Source: an uncultured Gammaproteobacteria bacterium
Lineage (GTDB): Bacteria; Patescibacteriota; Microgenomatia; UBA8517
Direction: 5' to 3'
NCBI GenBank assembly: GCA_964587425.1
Contig: CAZPLB010000001.1
Coordinates: 145,518-209,517 of the forward strand
Length of the DNA stretch: 64,000 nucleotides
Shown in pieces: positions 19,454-29,532 of this stretch. Each line of letters begins with the position of its first letter. Within the stretch, counting starts at the first letter, position 1. The notes below the pieces were generated by a model, which was given only the letters and a program-made list of their open reading frames with translations, searched no databases and had not been told where the DNA came from. The position numbers and the translations under genes were made by a program.

Positions 19454-20572
19454 ATGGAAAATGATGAATTAAATGATGGGGTTGAATTAGATTCTAGCAT
19501 GGTAGATAGACAAATGGTACGAAAAAAAGCATTTTGGTCGAGGACTAAAAGACAAATTTTGAGGCATGTTTGGATAACACGAGGAGTGATACTTACTTTG
19601 TTGTTGTCACTTTTTGTATTAGTGATTTATGGTGTGTTTATTTTTCTCAGAGGAAGCCTTGTTGGAACGTATGTTGGACTTGCCCGTGATTTTGCTTTTC
19701 CATCCCAAACCACCTTGGGCGGGGTTGGAAACGACGTAAATTTTCTTTTAATGGGCAAAGGTGGGGAGGGACACGATGCGCCGGACCTTACTGACACAAT
19801 GATTGTAGCCTCAGTTGATATAGTAAACAAAAAGGTTAGTTTGATTTCAATACCGCGGGATATCTGGATTGATGACATGAAGGCAAAGATAAATAGTGCG
19901 TATTTTTATGGAAACAAAAAGAAGGCAGGAGGAGGTTTGGTTTTGGCAAAATCTACGGTAGAGGAAGTTTTGGGGATACCAATTAGTTATGCAGCCATTG
20001 TTAACTTTGATGTTTTTAAGGATGTTATTAATATTATTGGGGGAATTACAGTTGAAGTTAAAAATAGTTTTGTTGACAAACAATTCCCCATTGCAGGGCG
20101 TGAGGCTGATACATGTAGCGGGGACAGGACATATGCATGTAGATATGAAACAGTAGAATTTAAATCTGGGGTTCAAACTATGGATGGGGAGACTGCATTA
20201 AAATTTGTGAGGAGTAGACATGCAGTTGGAGATGAAGGGACTGATATTGCTCGTGAGGCAAGACAGCAGCTAGTGATTGGGGCGATAGTAAGAAAGCTTG
20301 CTACACCTTCAGTTTTTCTATCAATTCCAAAGATTCGAGGCTTGATTGATGTAGCCAATAAAAATATTGAGACTGATATCAAACCTCAGGAGGCAGCGAC
20401 ACTTGCGCGTTATGTTTTCAACGGGAGGAAAAATTTGAAATCATACTCCATTCCTTCTGAATTACTGTTTAATCCGCCTCTTTCTGCCAAATACTTAAAT
20501 ACATATGTGTTTGTACCAGTTGGGGGAAATTGGGAAAAGATTCATGAATGGGTAAAAAATATTTTACAGTAA
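19454..20572 (+). CDS. LCP (LytR-CpsA-Psr) family glycopolymer ligase
   Basis: TM, LTDTMIV, SIPRD, KINSAY, ALKFVRSRH, DIAREARQQ. Confidence 0.92.
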   Translation: MENDELNDGVELDSSMVDRQMVRKKAFWSRTKRQILRHVWITRGVILTLLLSLFVLVIYGVFIFLRGSLVGTYVGLARDFAFPSQTTLGGVGNDVNFLLMGKGGEGHDAPDLTDTMIVASVDIVNKKVSLISIPRDIWIDDMKAKINSAYFYGNKKKAGGGLVLAKSTVEEVLGIPISYAAIVNFDVFKDVINIIGGITVEVKNSFVDKQFPIAGREADTCSGDRTYACRYETVEFKSGVQTMDGETALKFVRSRHAVGDEGTDIAREARQQLVIGAIVRKLATPSVFLSIPKIRGLIDVANKNIETDIKPQEAATLARYVFNGRKNLKSYSIPSELLFNPPLSAKYLNTYVFVPVGGNWEKIHEWVKNILQ

Positions 20573-22071
20573 ATAAGGTAGTCCCAATTTTAATGGTACT
20601 TCTGGTTTGTGTTCTTTATCTTTTTTTGAGATTGAATTGGAGAGATACAATTGAATTTGGGTACGACCAGCCGATCCTTGCTTCAAGAGTCAATGAATTT
20701 TTACAAAGACCGAGTTTTATTGAGAGCTACAATTATGTCAACGTAAATCCATGGGGGTATCCATCTTGGGGTCCCGTGCAAATCTTTTTTTACGCCTTTT
20801 TCTTTCTGATCTCTAACAATCCAATTACTGTTTCTGTATTAGTTGCGATATTTAATATCTTGAGTGTTGTATGTGTGGTTATCGTTGGTTGGAAATTTTT
20901 CTCACTTAGAGTAGGACTTGTTGCGGGATTGATTTTGTCGTGTCATCCTTGGTGGATTGTCTTTTCTAGAATGGTTTACGAACCGACTCCGGTTCCGACT
21001 TTTGTAGCTGTTGCAATGTTGTTTTGTTTTTACGTAATCAGGCGACCAAGGAGTTTTGTGATTTTACCATTAATATTTTTATTTGGATTCTTGTTCCAGC
21101 TTTATATACATACAATATCTTTTGTGGCGATAAGTTTTGTATCAATCTTGGGGGTTATTAAAAAAACTAGGAAAGTTTACTTATTTTTGGGAATCATTGT
21201 CATTTTTATATTATTTCTGCCAACTATCCATTATTATTTTAATAATCAATCCAACCTCTTAGGGTTTATTGGTGTTGCCAAAAAATTTCAAACGGGCAAC
21301 CTCGAGAAAGGACATTCAACATTTGATGCTATACCTGAATTTTTTAATACAATGTCTGGGAGTGGTTTCAGATGGCAGCTTGGTTCGGCATATGAGATCT
21401 TTCTGGGTAAATATATTTATGTGGAGACATTATCAAGAATTTTAATTTTCATCTCAATTTCAATTTTTATCTATCATTTGATTCATCTTGTTTGTGTCAA
21501 GAATGACAGAGGATTCAGGGGTATCTTGCTTGGTTGGGCTGTTGCGCCCATTTTTTTTCTAATTATTATTAGAACTCCAATAGCCCTTCCAAGATATTAT
21601 CTTTTGAGTTTGCCGGCATATGCACTTCTTTTCGGGATATTAATTGACGATCTTTTTAAGAAGATTGGAAAATTTATAATTGTCTTGCCAATAGTACTAT
21701 CTATTTTTTGGGTTATTTTTATAGCTAATTACTTTGAATTTATTAAGACTTATTCGTACCCCAATGGTTTTTTAAGTTCATATTCTGATCCGCCATACCG
21801 CTTTTTAGAGAGTGCTTTTGATTGGATTAAAAGTGACGCAAAGATAAAAGGCTACTCAGATTTTGTCGTAAGTAGTGATCCAGCAAAACCGAATGAATTG
21901 GTGCTTAATACGGCGCAAAATTATTACTGGAATTATATTTTAAGAAAAAACTTTACTCCAAGAATTGGGAGTGTAGGTTATTATTTGATGTATTTTTCAC
22001 CTGTTCAATCAGATACGCGACTTTCCTATGTCCAATTTGGCCCATATGTTGTCTATGAAGTTAAAAAGTAA
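20548..22071 (+). CDS. GT-C superfamily glycosyltransferase
   Basis: YDQ after TM1, WGP, FSRMVY, many TMs, PRY. Confidence 0.72.
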   Translation: MGKKYFTVNKVVPILMVLLVCVLYLFLRLNWRDTIEFGYDQPILASRVNEFLQRPSFIESYNYVNVNPWGYPSWGPVQIFFYAFFFLISNNPITVSVLVAIFNILSVVCVVIVGWKFFSLRVGLVAGLILSCHPWWIVFSRMVYEPTPVPTFVAVAMLFCFYVIRRPRSFVILPLIFLFGFLFQLYIHTISFVAISFVSILGVIKKTRKVYLFLGIIVIFILFLPTIHYYFNNQSNLLGFIGVAKKFQTGNLEKGHSTFDAIPEFFNTMSGSGFRWQLGSAYEIFLGKYIYVETLSRILIFISISIFIYHLIHLVCVKNDRGFRGILLGWAVAPIFFLIIIRTPIALPRYYLLSLPAYALLFGILIDDLFKKIGKFIIVLPIVLSIFWVIFIANYFEFIKTYSYPNGFLSSYSDPPYRFLESAFDWIKSDAKIKGYSDFVVSSDPAKPNELVLNTAQNYYWNYILRKNFTPRIGSVGYYLMYFSPVQSDTRLSYVQFGPYVVYEVKK

Positions 22072-23218
22072 CCCAACCAAACTTGTTGATCCACAATACT
22101 CCCCAAAGATTTACTAATATACTTAAAATTAGAAGAAGCCAGTGTATCTTTTTTGGTCCACCCATCCTGTTCACTCCTTTAATGGTTAAATAAATTAGGA
22201 AAGGATAAAAATCGACAGCGAAGCGATACCCAAATTGTGCCCAGCCTGTTCCACCATGTGAGGCAACGATTAAGAATATTGTGAAGATTGATAGCCATGC
22301 AAATTGATTTATTCCTTCTCTGTATTTTGAAAAAAGAGCAAAAACAAAAGCAGGAGAGGTTATCCAAATAGCAAGTCCTGCCCATGATGGTTCGATAAAA
22401 GGGAAGATGTCTACCTTTTTTGGAAAGGATAAAAACATTGCTCTTAAGTTATCTGGTATATAGATTGGATTTGCTACACCATGGGCAAACCATGGAGCAT
22501 TTTGTTCATTGAGAATTTTGGGTAATATGAAATATGCCTGGTCAAATATTGACTGAAACCTTACAAAATTATATATAAAATTAAATCCTGCGAAAGGTAG
22601 AGCACCAAAGCTCATAAGCAATAAATTTTTAATATTGAATTTATCCTTAAGAGCGTATAAAAAGAAAGGAAAAGAAAAAATTAAATGAATTCGAGATAGG
22701 TATGCTGCTCCAAGTAATACACCCAGTAAAAATGGCCTTTTTTTTGTGGTTGCCTCGAGAATTGCAAGTGAAATGAAAAAAGCAGCAGAAATTTGTCCTA
22801 AATACCAAGAAGAGCCGACAGAGGAAAGGAACCAGATGATATTTCCAAATGCTGCGAAAAGAAATGTCCATAGGAATAGTTTTTTACTTTTACTTATTTT
22901 CCATGACAGTAGGCAAAAAATAACAGTTATTCCTGCCCCAAGAAGGTGAGCTAAGTATTGTTGTTGAAATGCATTTTTAAAAAGTAAAACGAATGGCATT
23001 GCCAGGATTGCCGGCATTGGGGGATAAACTATGTAGAACTTGTTAGGTCCAGCTGGAATTAATTCACTGAGCCAAGAGGGATTTTCGGTTATGTAATATC
23101 TACCGTGAAGAAAAGCGTCGGCAAGTCGGGTAAAATAGTTAAATGGGGTATTTCCAGGCGATGTTATTAGATATACTACAAGTATGAAAACAAAAATCAA
23201 TAAAAGAACTTTTTTCAT
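22061..23218 (-). CDS. GT-C-like multi-pass membrane protein
   Basis: LADAFLHG, YPPMPA, YNFVRF, QFGYRF; TAAAAT 7 nt upstream of the ATG. Confidence 0.7.
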   Translation of the reverse strand: MKKVLLLIFVFILVVYLITSPGNTPFNYFTRLADAFLHGRYYITENPSWLSELIPAGPNKFYIVYPPMPAILAMPFVLLFKNAFQQQYLAHLLGAGITVIFCLLSWKISKSKKLFLWTFLFAAFGNIIWFLSSVGSSWYLGQISAAFFISLAILEATTKKRPFLLGVLLGAAYLSRIHLIFSFPFFLYALKDKFNIKNLLLMSFGALPFAGFNFIYNFVRFQSIFDQAYFILPKILNEQNAPWFAHGVANPIYIPDNLRAMFLSFPKKVDIFPFIEPSWAGLAIWITSPAFVFALFSKYREGINQFAWLSIFTIFLIVASHGGTGWAQFGYRFAVDFYPFLIYLTIKGVNRMGGPKKIHWLLLILSILVNLWGVLWINKFGWVTF

Positions 23219-25658
23219 TCCTTATATTTTACTAGTTTTAGGGTTGGGATTCATGCTTAGAATTATTCTTTTTAATTTTGGTACGTTGAGGCTTGACCAG
23301 GGTACATTCATTGCATGGAGCAATATTTTGGTAAATGGAGGCTTCAAACACTTTTATTCTGGATGGAGTGATTATTTGCCTGGATATCTTTATGTACTGA
23401 ATATATTGGGGCAAATTGCAAAATTACATATAATTTCTGAAACTTTACTTTATAAATTGCCTGCAATATTGGCAGACCTTGCAACAGGGTACTTGATATA
23501 TAAAATACTAAAGAAAAAAGCGAGTGACAAGTGGTCATTGGCAGGAGCTGCTTTATATATTTTTAATCCTGCAGTATTTGCAAACTCAACACTTTGGGGG
23601 CAGGTTGACAGTTTGACTGCATTTTTTTCATTACTTGCGATTTATTTACTTGAGGAAAATATTTATCTATCTGCCTTGTCTTTGGCAATTGGCGGGTTAG
23701 TCAAGCCTCAGGCAGTTTTTCTTGTTCCAATTGTTTTACTGTACGCCTTTAAAAACAAATGGAATATGAAGAAATATATTATTTATGGAGCCATTGGCTT
23801 AGCAGTAATCATTCTTGGATTTTTACCTTTTTACGGAGATGTACAGTTTACTTTTGGGAGGTTTGTTAATTTCTTTTTGTCGAGAATAAATTTATCTCTC
23901 AATCAATATCCATACACAAGTGTTAATGCATTTAATTTTTGGGGAATTATTGGTTTCTGGAAGGAAGATAATATTAGCGGGATTATTGGCCTTGCTATGT
24001 TTCTAGCTGTTTCTATTTTTTCCTGGATAGCGCTTCGAAAGAAAAAGGTTTCATATTATCTACTTTCTGGGCTTATTTTCCTTTTTGCATTTACATTTTT
24101 AACTCGGATGCATGAGAGGCATCTGATGCCAGCATTACCATTCTTACTTATTGCTTCTTTTGAAACACCTGCACTTATTTTTTCATATCTTGGGCTATCA
24201 ACTATTTACTGCCTTAATTTGCTGTGGGCATATAGTTGGATAACCAATAGTTTTGAAAGTATTTTTAGCGAGGGGATTCTTAAATTGCTTTCTTTTTCTG
24301 TGTTTGGTTTTTCACTATATAGTTTGTATGTGTCTCTTAAAAATATTAGTTTACCTAAAATTAACCTGGCGCTATTGAAGAAACCTTCAAAGATTGATAA
24401 ATTTCCAAAGATAAACATCAAGTTCAATAAATATATAATTTTTGGAGTTATTGCTTTTGCATTTGCTGCAAGAATACTTTTCTTGTGGAGCCCAAGTAAT
24501 GAATATTTTGATGAGGTGTATCACGCATTTACTGCAAAGGAGATGATGAATGGCAACACAGCAGCTTGGGAATGGTGGAATACACCTCCTCAAGGATTTG
24601 CATATGAATGGACACACCCACCTCTAGCCAAGGAACTAATGATTGGTGGGATGCTAATCTTTGGCCAAACTTCTTTTGGGTGGAGGGTACCTGCAGCCTT
24701 AGCGGGAGTTGGAATACTATTTTTCGTTTTCAAAATATCAAAGGAACTTTTTGATGATGACTGGCTTCCCATTTTTGCTACAGGATTTTTGGCATTAGAT
24801 GGATTACTTCTGGTTATGAGTAGGATTGGTATGAATGATTCATATCTATTATTTTTTGTCTTGGCTTCATTTTACTATTACTTGAAAGACAAGAATTTAA
24901 TATCTGCAATATTTGCAGGCTTGGCACTTTCATCGAAATGGAGTGCGTTGTGGTTTTTCCCAATTCTTGCAGTTACACATTTTGTATTGAAGAAAAAATT
25001 TAAGAAGAGTTACTTGTGGTATTTATTGATACCCGTTATCTATATTTCTACATACCTGCCACTTTTTACGTCAAAACAAATACAGAATGAGTATGTAAGA
25101 AATAATAGATATGAATTGAAAAAAGATAAGACGGGGATAGTTCCGCTTGATATGTTTATTGATACACAGAAACAGATGTGGTGGTACCACACTAACCTCA
25201 AGGCAACACACCCTTACACTTCACCTTGGTGGGAGTGGCCAATTGAAGCTCGTCCAATCTACCTTTATACAAGCGGATATGGAGATGACGGGGTAGCCAA
25301 TATATATGCTTTTGGAAACCCAGTGGTGTTTTGGTTTGGGTTGGGATCGGTTTTTCTGTGTTTGTATTGGGCAGTAAGGGATAGGAACAAAAGACTTGGG
25401 TTGGTTTGTTTTTCTTACTTTGCTTTCTTTGTTCCATGGGCACTATCACCTAGAATTATGTTTTTGTATCATTATTTGCCATCACTACCATTCTTGGGGA
25501 TAGCTGCAGGGTATGTATTTCGTAAATATCCGAAACTAGTGCTCCCCGTATTTGGCGTGGGACTTTTGTTATTTATTTACTTCTATCCACATTGGGTGGG
25601 AATTAAGGTACCAACATCCCTTGATATGTCTTACTACTGGTTTCCTAGCTGGAGATAA
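23184..25658 (+). CDS. Tandem GT-C fusion: GT87-like N-half + protein O-mannosyltransferase (PMT/GT39) C-half
   Basis: N-half DYLPGY, WGQVDS, VKPQ, MHERH; C-half YFDEVYH, HPPLAK, HPYTSPWWEWP, GNP, FLYHYLP. Confidence 0.85.
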   Translation: MKTKINKRTFFIPYILLVLGLGFMLRIILFNFGTLRLDQGTFIAWSNILVNGGFKHFYSGWSDYLPGYLYVLNILGQIAKLHIISETLLYKLPAILADLATGYLIYKILKKKASDKWSLAGAALYIFNPAVFANSTLWGQVDSLTAFFSLLAIYLLEENIYLSALSLAIGGLVKPQAVFLVPIVLLYAFKNKWNMKKYIIYGAIGLAVIILGFLPFYGDVQFTFGRFVNFFLSRINLSLNQYPYTSVNAFNFWGIIGFWKEDNISGIIGLAMFLAVSIFSWIALRKKKVSYYLLSGLIFLFAFTFLTRMHERHLMPALPFLLIASFETPALIFSYLGLSTIYCLNLLWAYSWITNSFESIFSEGILKLLSFSVFGFSLYSLYVSLKNISLPKINLALLKKPSKIDKFPKINIKFNKYIIFGVIAFAFAARILFLWSPSNEYFDEVYHAFTAKEMMNGNTAAWEWWNTPPQGFAYEWTHPPLAKELMIGGMLIFGQTSFGWRVPAALAGVGILFFVFKISKELFDDDWLPIFATGFLALDGLLLVMSRIGMNDSYLLFFVLASFYYYLKDKNLISAIFAGLALSSKWSALWFFPILAVTHFVLKKKFKKSYLWYLLIPVIYISTYLPLFTSKQIQNEYVRNNRYELKKDKTGIVPLDMFIDTQKQMWWYHTNLKATHPYTSPWWEWPIEARPIYLYTSGYGDDGVANIYAFGNPVVFWFGLGSVFLCLYWAVRDRNKRLGLVCFSYFAFFVPWALSPRIMFLYHYLPSLPFLGIAAGYVFRKYPKLVLPVFGVGLLLFIYFYPHWVGIKVPTSLDMSYYWFPSWR

Positions 25659-25684
25659 CTACTGTGGTATAGCTTGAGCTTTGA

Positions 25685-25903
25685 CTATTTATTTGATGGG
25701 TTGGTCTTGGTCTCTTGTGATTTTTGTTGAGAGGTTGTACTTTTTTGTTCTGTGGCGGATCCGTTTCTTGTACTTTTACTATTACTATTGGTTTCAGCTG
25801 CTTTTTCTGAGATTATCTGTGTGGTGGTGATTGAGATTAGTGCCGCTGCAAGACCGATTACTAAAACTGCTAGGCCAGCTAATTTCCAGGTATTACTTTT
25901 CAT
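25685..25903 (-). CDS. Small secreted/membrane-anchored peptide
   Basis: TM followed by TQIISEKAA and an S/T/N/Q/K-rich tail. Confidence 0.55.
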   Translation of the reverse strand: MKSNTWKLAGLAVLVIGLAAALISITTTQIISEKAAETNSNSKSTRNGSATEQKSTTSQQKSQETKTNPSNK

Positions 25904-25915
25904 ATTATAGTTTCA

Positions 25916-26602
25916 TCACAATGCTAGGAATATTGCCAGGAGTAGTGTTCCCAATCCTGCTCCAATTCCTATTAATGTTGGCCAACTTGTTCCGGCTTCA
26001 GGAAGAGAAGGAGGAGTGGTCGGTGCTACGGTTGCACAGATACAGTCAGTTTCAGTGGTGCAGCTAGTATTTCTACAGACATTTCCAGTACAGGTCATTC
26101 CAGTTCCACATTCAGTTGTACTTGTGCAAGCGCTGCCACAAGAAGGTGGAGCAGTAGGTGTTGGAGTAGGAGTTGGTGTTGCGGTAGGTGTGGCTGTTGC
26201 ACAAATACAATCTGCAGAGTCTGTACAACTTGTGTTTCTACAGACATTGGTGCCTCCTGATTGTGTACAAGTCATACCAGTTGGACAGTCTGAAGAATTG
26301 GTTGTGTCTGTACAAGAACTATCACAGCTTGGTGGGGTAGTTGGTGTGGCTGTTGGGCTAGCTGTTGCTGTTTCTGTAGGTGTCGCTGTCGCCTCTGCTA
26401 TCTGGAATGTTAATGTACAAGCGGCAGCAGGGCTTGGTTGGAGAGTATCAGCTCTTGGTTTGCTTTCAGGAGCATTTGGTGCTACAGATTGCTGTCTTAA
26501 TTGATAGAGTCTGACGGCTGTAAATATGGCAATTCCAGCAAGGACTACGGTAGCTAGTACTATTATGAATGTTAATAAATTTTTTCTAATAAATTCCATC
26601 AT
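25916..26602 (-). CDS. Cys-rich surface protein with Pro/Thr linkers and LPEAG sorting-like signal
   Basis: N-terminal TM, two 8-Cys repeats, C-terminal LPEAG + hydrophobic helix. Confidence 0.75.
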   Translation of the reverse strand: MMEFIRKNLLTFIIVLATVVLAGIAIFTAVRLYQLRQQSVAPNAPESKPRADTLQPSPAAACTLTFQIAEATATPTETATASPTATPTTPPSCDSSCTDTTNSSDCPTGMTCTQSGGTNVCRNTSCTDSADCICATATPTATPTPTPTPTAPPSCGSACTSTTECGTGMTCTGNVCRNTSCTTETDCICATVAPTTPPSLPEAGTSWPTLIGIGAGLGTLLLAIFLAL

Positions 26603-26610
26603 ATATTATC

Positions 26611-27876
26611 TTAAAACCATTGATCCAATTGTAAATGGTGTAATAGGGCACCGACATTAAATGTTGTTGTTCCAGCTGGGATTGTGTAGTCAATATAGAA
26701 TTCTGCAGAATTTGATGGAACAGTGGTTGTTGATATTCCGATTGATGTTCCGTTGACAAAGAATTCAGCTTTGTCAAAGTTTCCAGATACTGTTGTTCCT
26801 GTTACAGCAAACTTAATTACCGTTCCTGGGTCAAGGGATGACCATTCGTTCTGGGGTATTTCAGTGAAACTGTCGTCATACATTTTGATACCAGTGCACT
26901 GAGGGGCAACAGGTGGAGTTGTTGGAGTTGCTGTTGGAGTTGGACTTGCTGTTGGTCCTGCAACTTGGAGGGGAAGGACTACGTTACAAACTCCTGATGT
27001 GGTACCACAAGTTGGACAGTTAACCATGTCTACACGGACTCTGATGTTTGCTTTACCTGCTGCAACAGCAGTTGCAACTAGATTATGTAATCCCTGGCTA
27101 ACAAATCCTCCGTTTGTACCCGTGATAGTGGGAGGAGCAACTGTAATCGCGCTTGTGTTATTTGAGGTGATGACAAGTCTTTTGATCCTGCTTAAGTTTT
27201 GATTGTCGTTTGTTGATATATTGTCGACATTAACTTTCAAATTAACTTTTTGCCCAATTTGCAAGACTTGATTTGGAGCTGCACCTGTTAATACAGCGGT
27301 ACACTTTAATTTGACACATAGTCCAGAGCCGGCACAGGTACCTTGACCTGCTATGTCTACTTGATTTGAGCCGCAGGCTGGTGCTGTGGCAGAAAAACAT
27401 TGACCCTCAGTTGCGGTTACAGTTGATATCGTACAGTTTTGACTACATACACATCCTGGGTAACCTGGCGAAGTGTTTGTTGGGCAGTTGCATCGTTGAA
27501 TTTGATATGTTCCAGCATGGACGCAAACGGGAGAACCACCTCCACCTGATATATAACCTCCAGCTGCCCCTTGGTTTAAAATTTGTTGCTGTTGAACTAG
27601 TAGCAATCCCGCTCCTACTCCACCTACAAGTAATACCAATCCAAAGACTGTTGCAATAACTTTTGCGCCGGGCCCTCTTCTTTTGGGTGCTGAACCTATA
27701 CCACCATCACCACCACTACTTACAGGTGTTGATGGAGTAGTTGGTTCTGGTGGTGTTGAGTCACCATTGGTTGGAACATTTGCTATTGGGGAAATTGGTG
27801 GAGTTGAGACAACATCATCTTGTGGAACACCCCCTGTTGAAAAAGGGTTTGTTGGATTGGCAGGATTGTTTTGCAT
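26611..27876 (-). CDS. Cys-rich, Ig-like membrane-anchored surface protein
   Basis: Pro-rich cytoplasmic N-terminus, TM, QQQQILNQGAA, Cys-rich and beta-rich domains, PT linker. Confidence 0.7.
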   Translation of the reverse strand: MQNNPANPTNPFSTGGVPQDDVVSTPPISPIANVPTNGDSTPPEPTTPSTPVSSGGDGGIGSAPKRRGPGAKVIATVFGLVLLVGGVGAGLLLVQQQQILNQGAAGGYISGGGGSPVCVHAGTYQIQRCNCPTNTSPGYPGCVCSQNCTISTVTATEGQCFSATAPACGSNQVDIAGQGTCAGSGLCVKLKCTAVLTGAAPNQVLQIGQKVNLKVNVDNISTNDNQNLSRIKRLVITSNNTSAITVAPPTITGTNGGFVSQGLHNLVATAVAAGKANIRVRVDMVNCPTCGTTSGVCNVVLPLQVAGPTASPTPTATPTTPPVAPQCTGIKMYDDSFTEIPQNEWSSLDPGTVIKFAVTGTTVSGNFDKAEFFVNGTSIGISTTTVPSNSAEFYIDYTIPAGTTTFNVGALLHHLQLDQWF

Positions 27877-27879
27877 TTT

Positions 27880-29163
27880 TTAAATACTATATTTCCAAAT
27901 TAAGACTGATATCATTATCAGCCCTATACTCATGATAGATACCATAATAGTCGGTGTCAAGTCACCAGAAACTGGTATTGCTGAATCTGTTGCTGGGAGG
28001 GAATGTCTGCCCGACGGCGTTGCAGTAGCTGATGGTGTTGAAACAAATGATGGAGCGTCTGAGGCCAGAACGGTAAAATTTCTGGTTATTGTTTGAAGAA
28101 CACCTTGCGCGTTTTTCCACGAAATTGTTAATTTGTGGGTTCCTGGTTCAAGATTATCTGGGGGGGTCCATTCCCAAATTCCTGTTGGGGAGGTGATTGT
28201 GGTGTCGGTTATGATTTCTGACTGGACAATAATAGTCAGGGTTGTATTTGCTGGGCCCTTGCCAAAGAACTCTGGAGAGCTCGTTGCTATAACTTCTTTT
28301 TCTTTAACACTTTCTATTGTTACAACTGTTGGAAGAGTTCCTGACGGAGATGCACCGGCAAGATTGAAAGATGGGTTTGCAGATGCGGTACTATCCGGCA
28401 GATTTATATCTGCTGTCGGGGACGTTTCATTTTGTCCTTCGGCTCCAGTTTGTCTGAAGTCATATGTTTGCCCCAATTGCATTAATTGAACTGGGTTGGC
28501 GTTTTGCATGAAAACCTGTGCGGAAGCAATGCCTTTTGTTCCACCTTGTACGAAAATTTGTAGGGGGGTTGTTGGAGTAAGAGTTACAAAATTAGTTAGA
28601 TCTACTGTTCTTGCTTTTGAGATTGGGATAGTCCAAGCGCCAGTTCCCGTAGTTAGTACTGAAACAGCAGTTCCATTTTGAGGGGTTACATATACGATTG
28701 CTTCTCCAACTGCTTGTTCAGTAGCCGTCTGTACTTGACCTGTGGCTATTTGGGAGGTTGGCTCTGTAGCTAAAGCTATTGATGTGGAAGTGGTCCAAGG
28801 AATTCCTGAATTGTCATATACAGTTCCGTCTGAATTTATTTTGAAAAAATAACTGGTTGAAGGGGCAAGACCAGTAATGTTTACCCAGTGGGTGGTTGAG
28901 GGTGTGTTTTCAGCTATTGTATTTTGTCCAAGAGATGCAGTTTCTCCATACTGGACGAACCCTACAACCTCTTTTTGCGTTATCCAGGAAACAGTAATCG
29001 ATGCATTGCTTATGTTTGTAATCCTGACGTCTTGGGGAGCAGAGTCTGGGGAAGCGCCCAATTTAAAGATGGTTGATGAGTTTGTTGCGATTACTCCTGC
29101 CATTATGCCGAGAGCCAAAATTACAATCGCAATTATGGTTGGGAACTTTCTTGTTTTAATCAT
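27880..29163 (-). CDS. Fibronectin type III / Ig-like surface protein with IPVSG sorting-like tail
   Basis: PQDVRITNI..SITVSW..ITGLAPSTSYFF (FN3), WEWTPP..LEPGTH (Ig-like), IPVSG + TM + K. Confidence 0.78.
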   Translation of the reverse strand: MIKTRKFPTIIAIVILALGIMAGVIATNSSTIFKLGASPDSAPQDVRITNISNASITVSWITQKEVVGFVQYGETASLGQNTIAENTPSTTHWVNITGLAPSTSYFFKINSDGTVYDNSGIPWTTSTSIALATEPTSQIATGQVQTATEQAVGEAIVYVTPQNGTAVSVLTTGTGAWTIPISKARTVDLTNFVTLTPTTPLQIFVQGGTKGIASAQVFMQNANPVQLMQLGQTYDFRQTGAEGQNETSPTADINLPDSTASANPSFNLAGASPSGTLPTVVTIESVKEKEVIATSSPEFFGKGPANTTLTIIVQSEIITDTTITSPTGIWEWTPPDNLEPGTHKLTISWKNAQGVLQTITRNFTVLASDAPSFVSTPSATATPSGRHSLPATDSAIPVSGDLTPTIMVSIMSIGLIMISVLIWKYSI

Positions 29164-29184
29164 ACATATTTCATATTACATTCT

Positions 29185-29532
29185 TCATGGACTGGTTGCC
29201 ACTGGCGTTCCCGATGGCGATGCAGTCGGGGTCGCCGATTCTGTTGCCACTGGCGCTTCTGTCACTTCCGGTGTTGGAACTGGAGTAGGGGTTTGGTTCT
29301 CCGCAGTAAGGTTTCCTACTTCACTTTCCCCAAGATTTATTCTTTTTGATAGCCCATTCAATATATTTTGATCGAGTGTTGGATTCAGAGGTAAAATGAT
29401 TTCCTCAGGAACAACTGGAGGCGGTTTATGGGTGATTGTTCTATAGACTTCAAAGGCAACCCAAAAAATTACAGTAATGAGAGTTAATACTGCAGTTGTA
29501 ACAAGAGTTGGTGTTTTTAGTTTTTTTCTCAT
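29185..29532 (-). CDS. Bitopic Pro/Thr-rich protein downstream of pilO
   Basis: TM, PLNPTLD motif, PT-rich tail; 4-nt overlap with pilO. Confidence 0.65.
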   Translation of the reverse strand: MRKKLKTPTLVTTAVLTLITVIFWVAFEVYRTITHKPPPVVPEEIILPLNPTLDQNILNGLSKRINLGESEVGNLTAENQTPTPVPTPEVTEAPVATESATPTASPSGTPVATSP

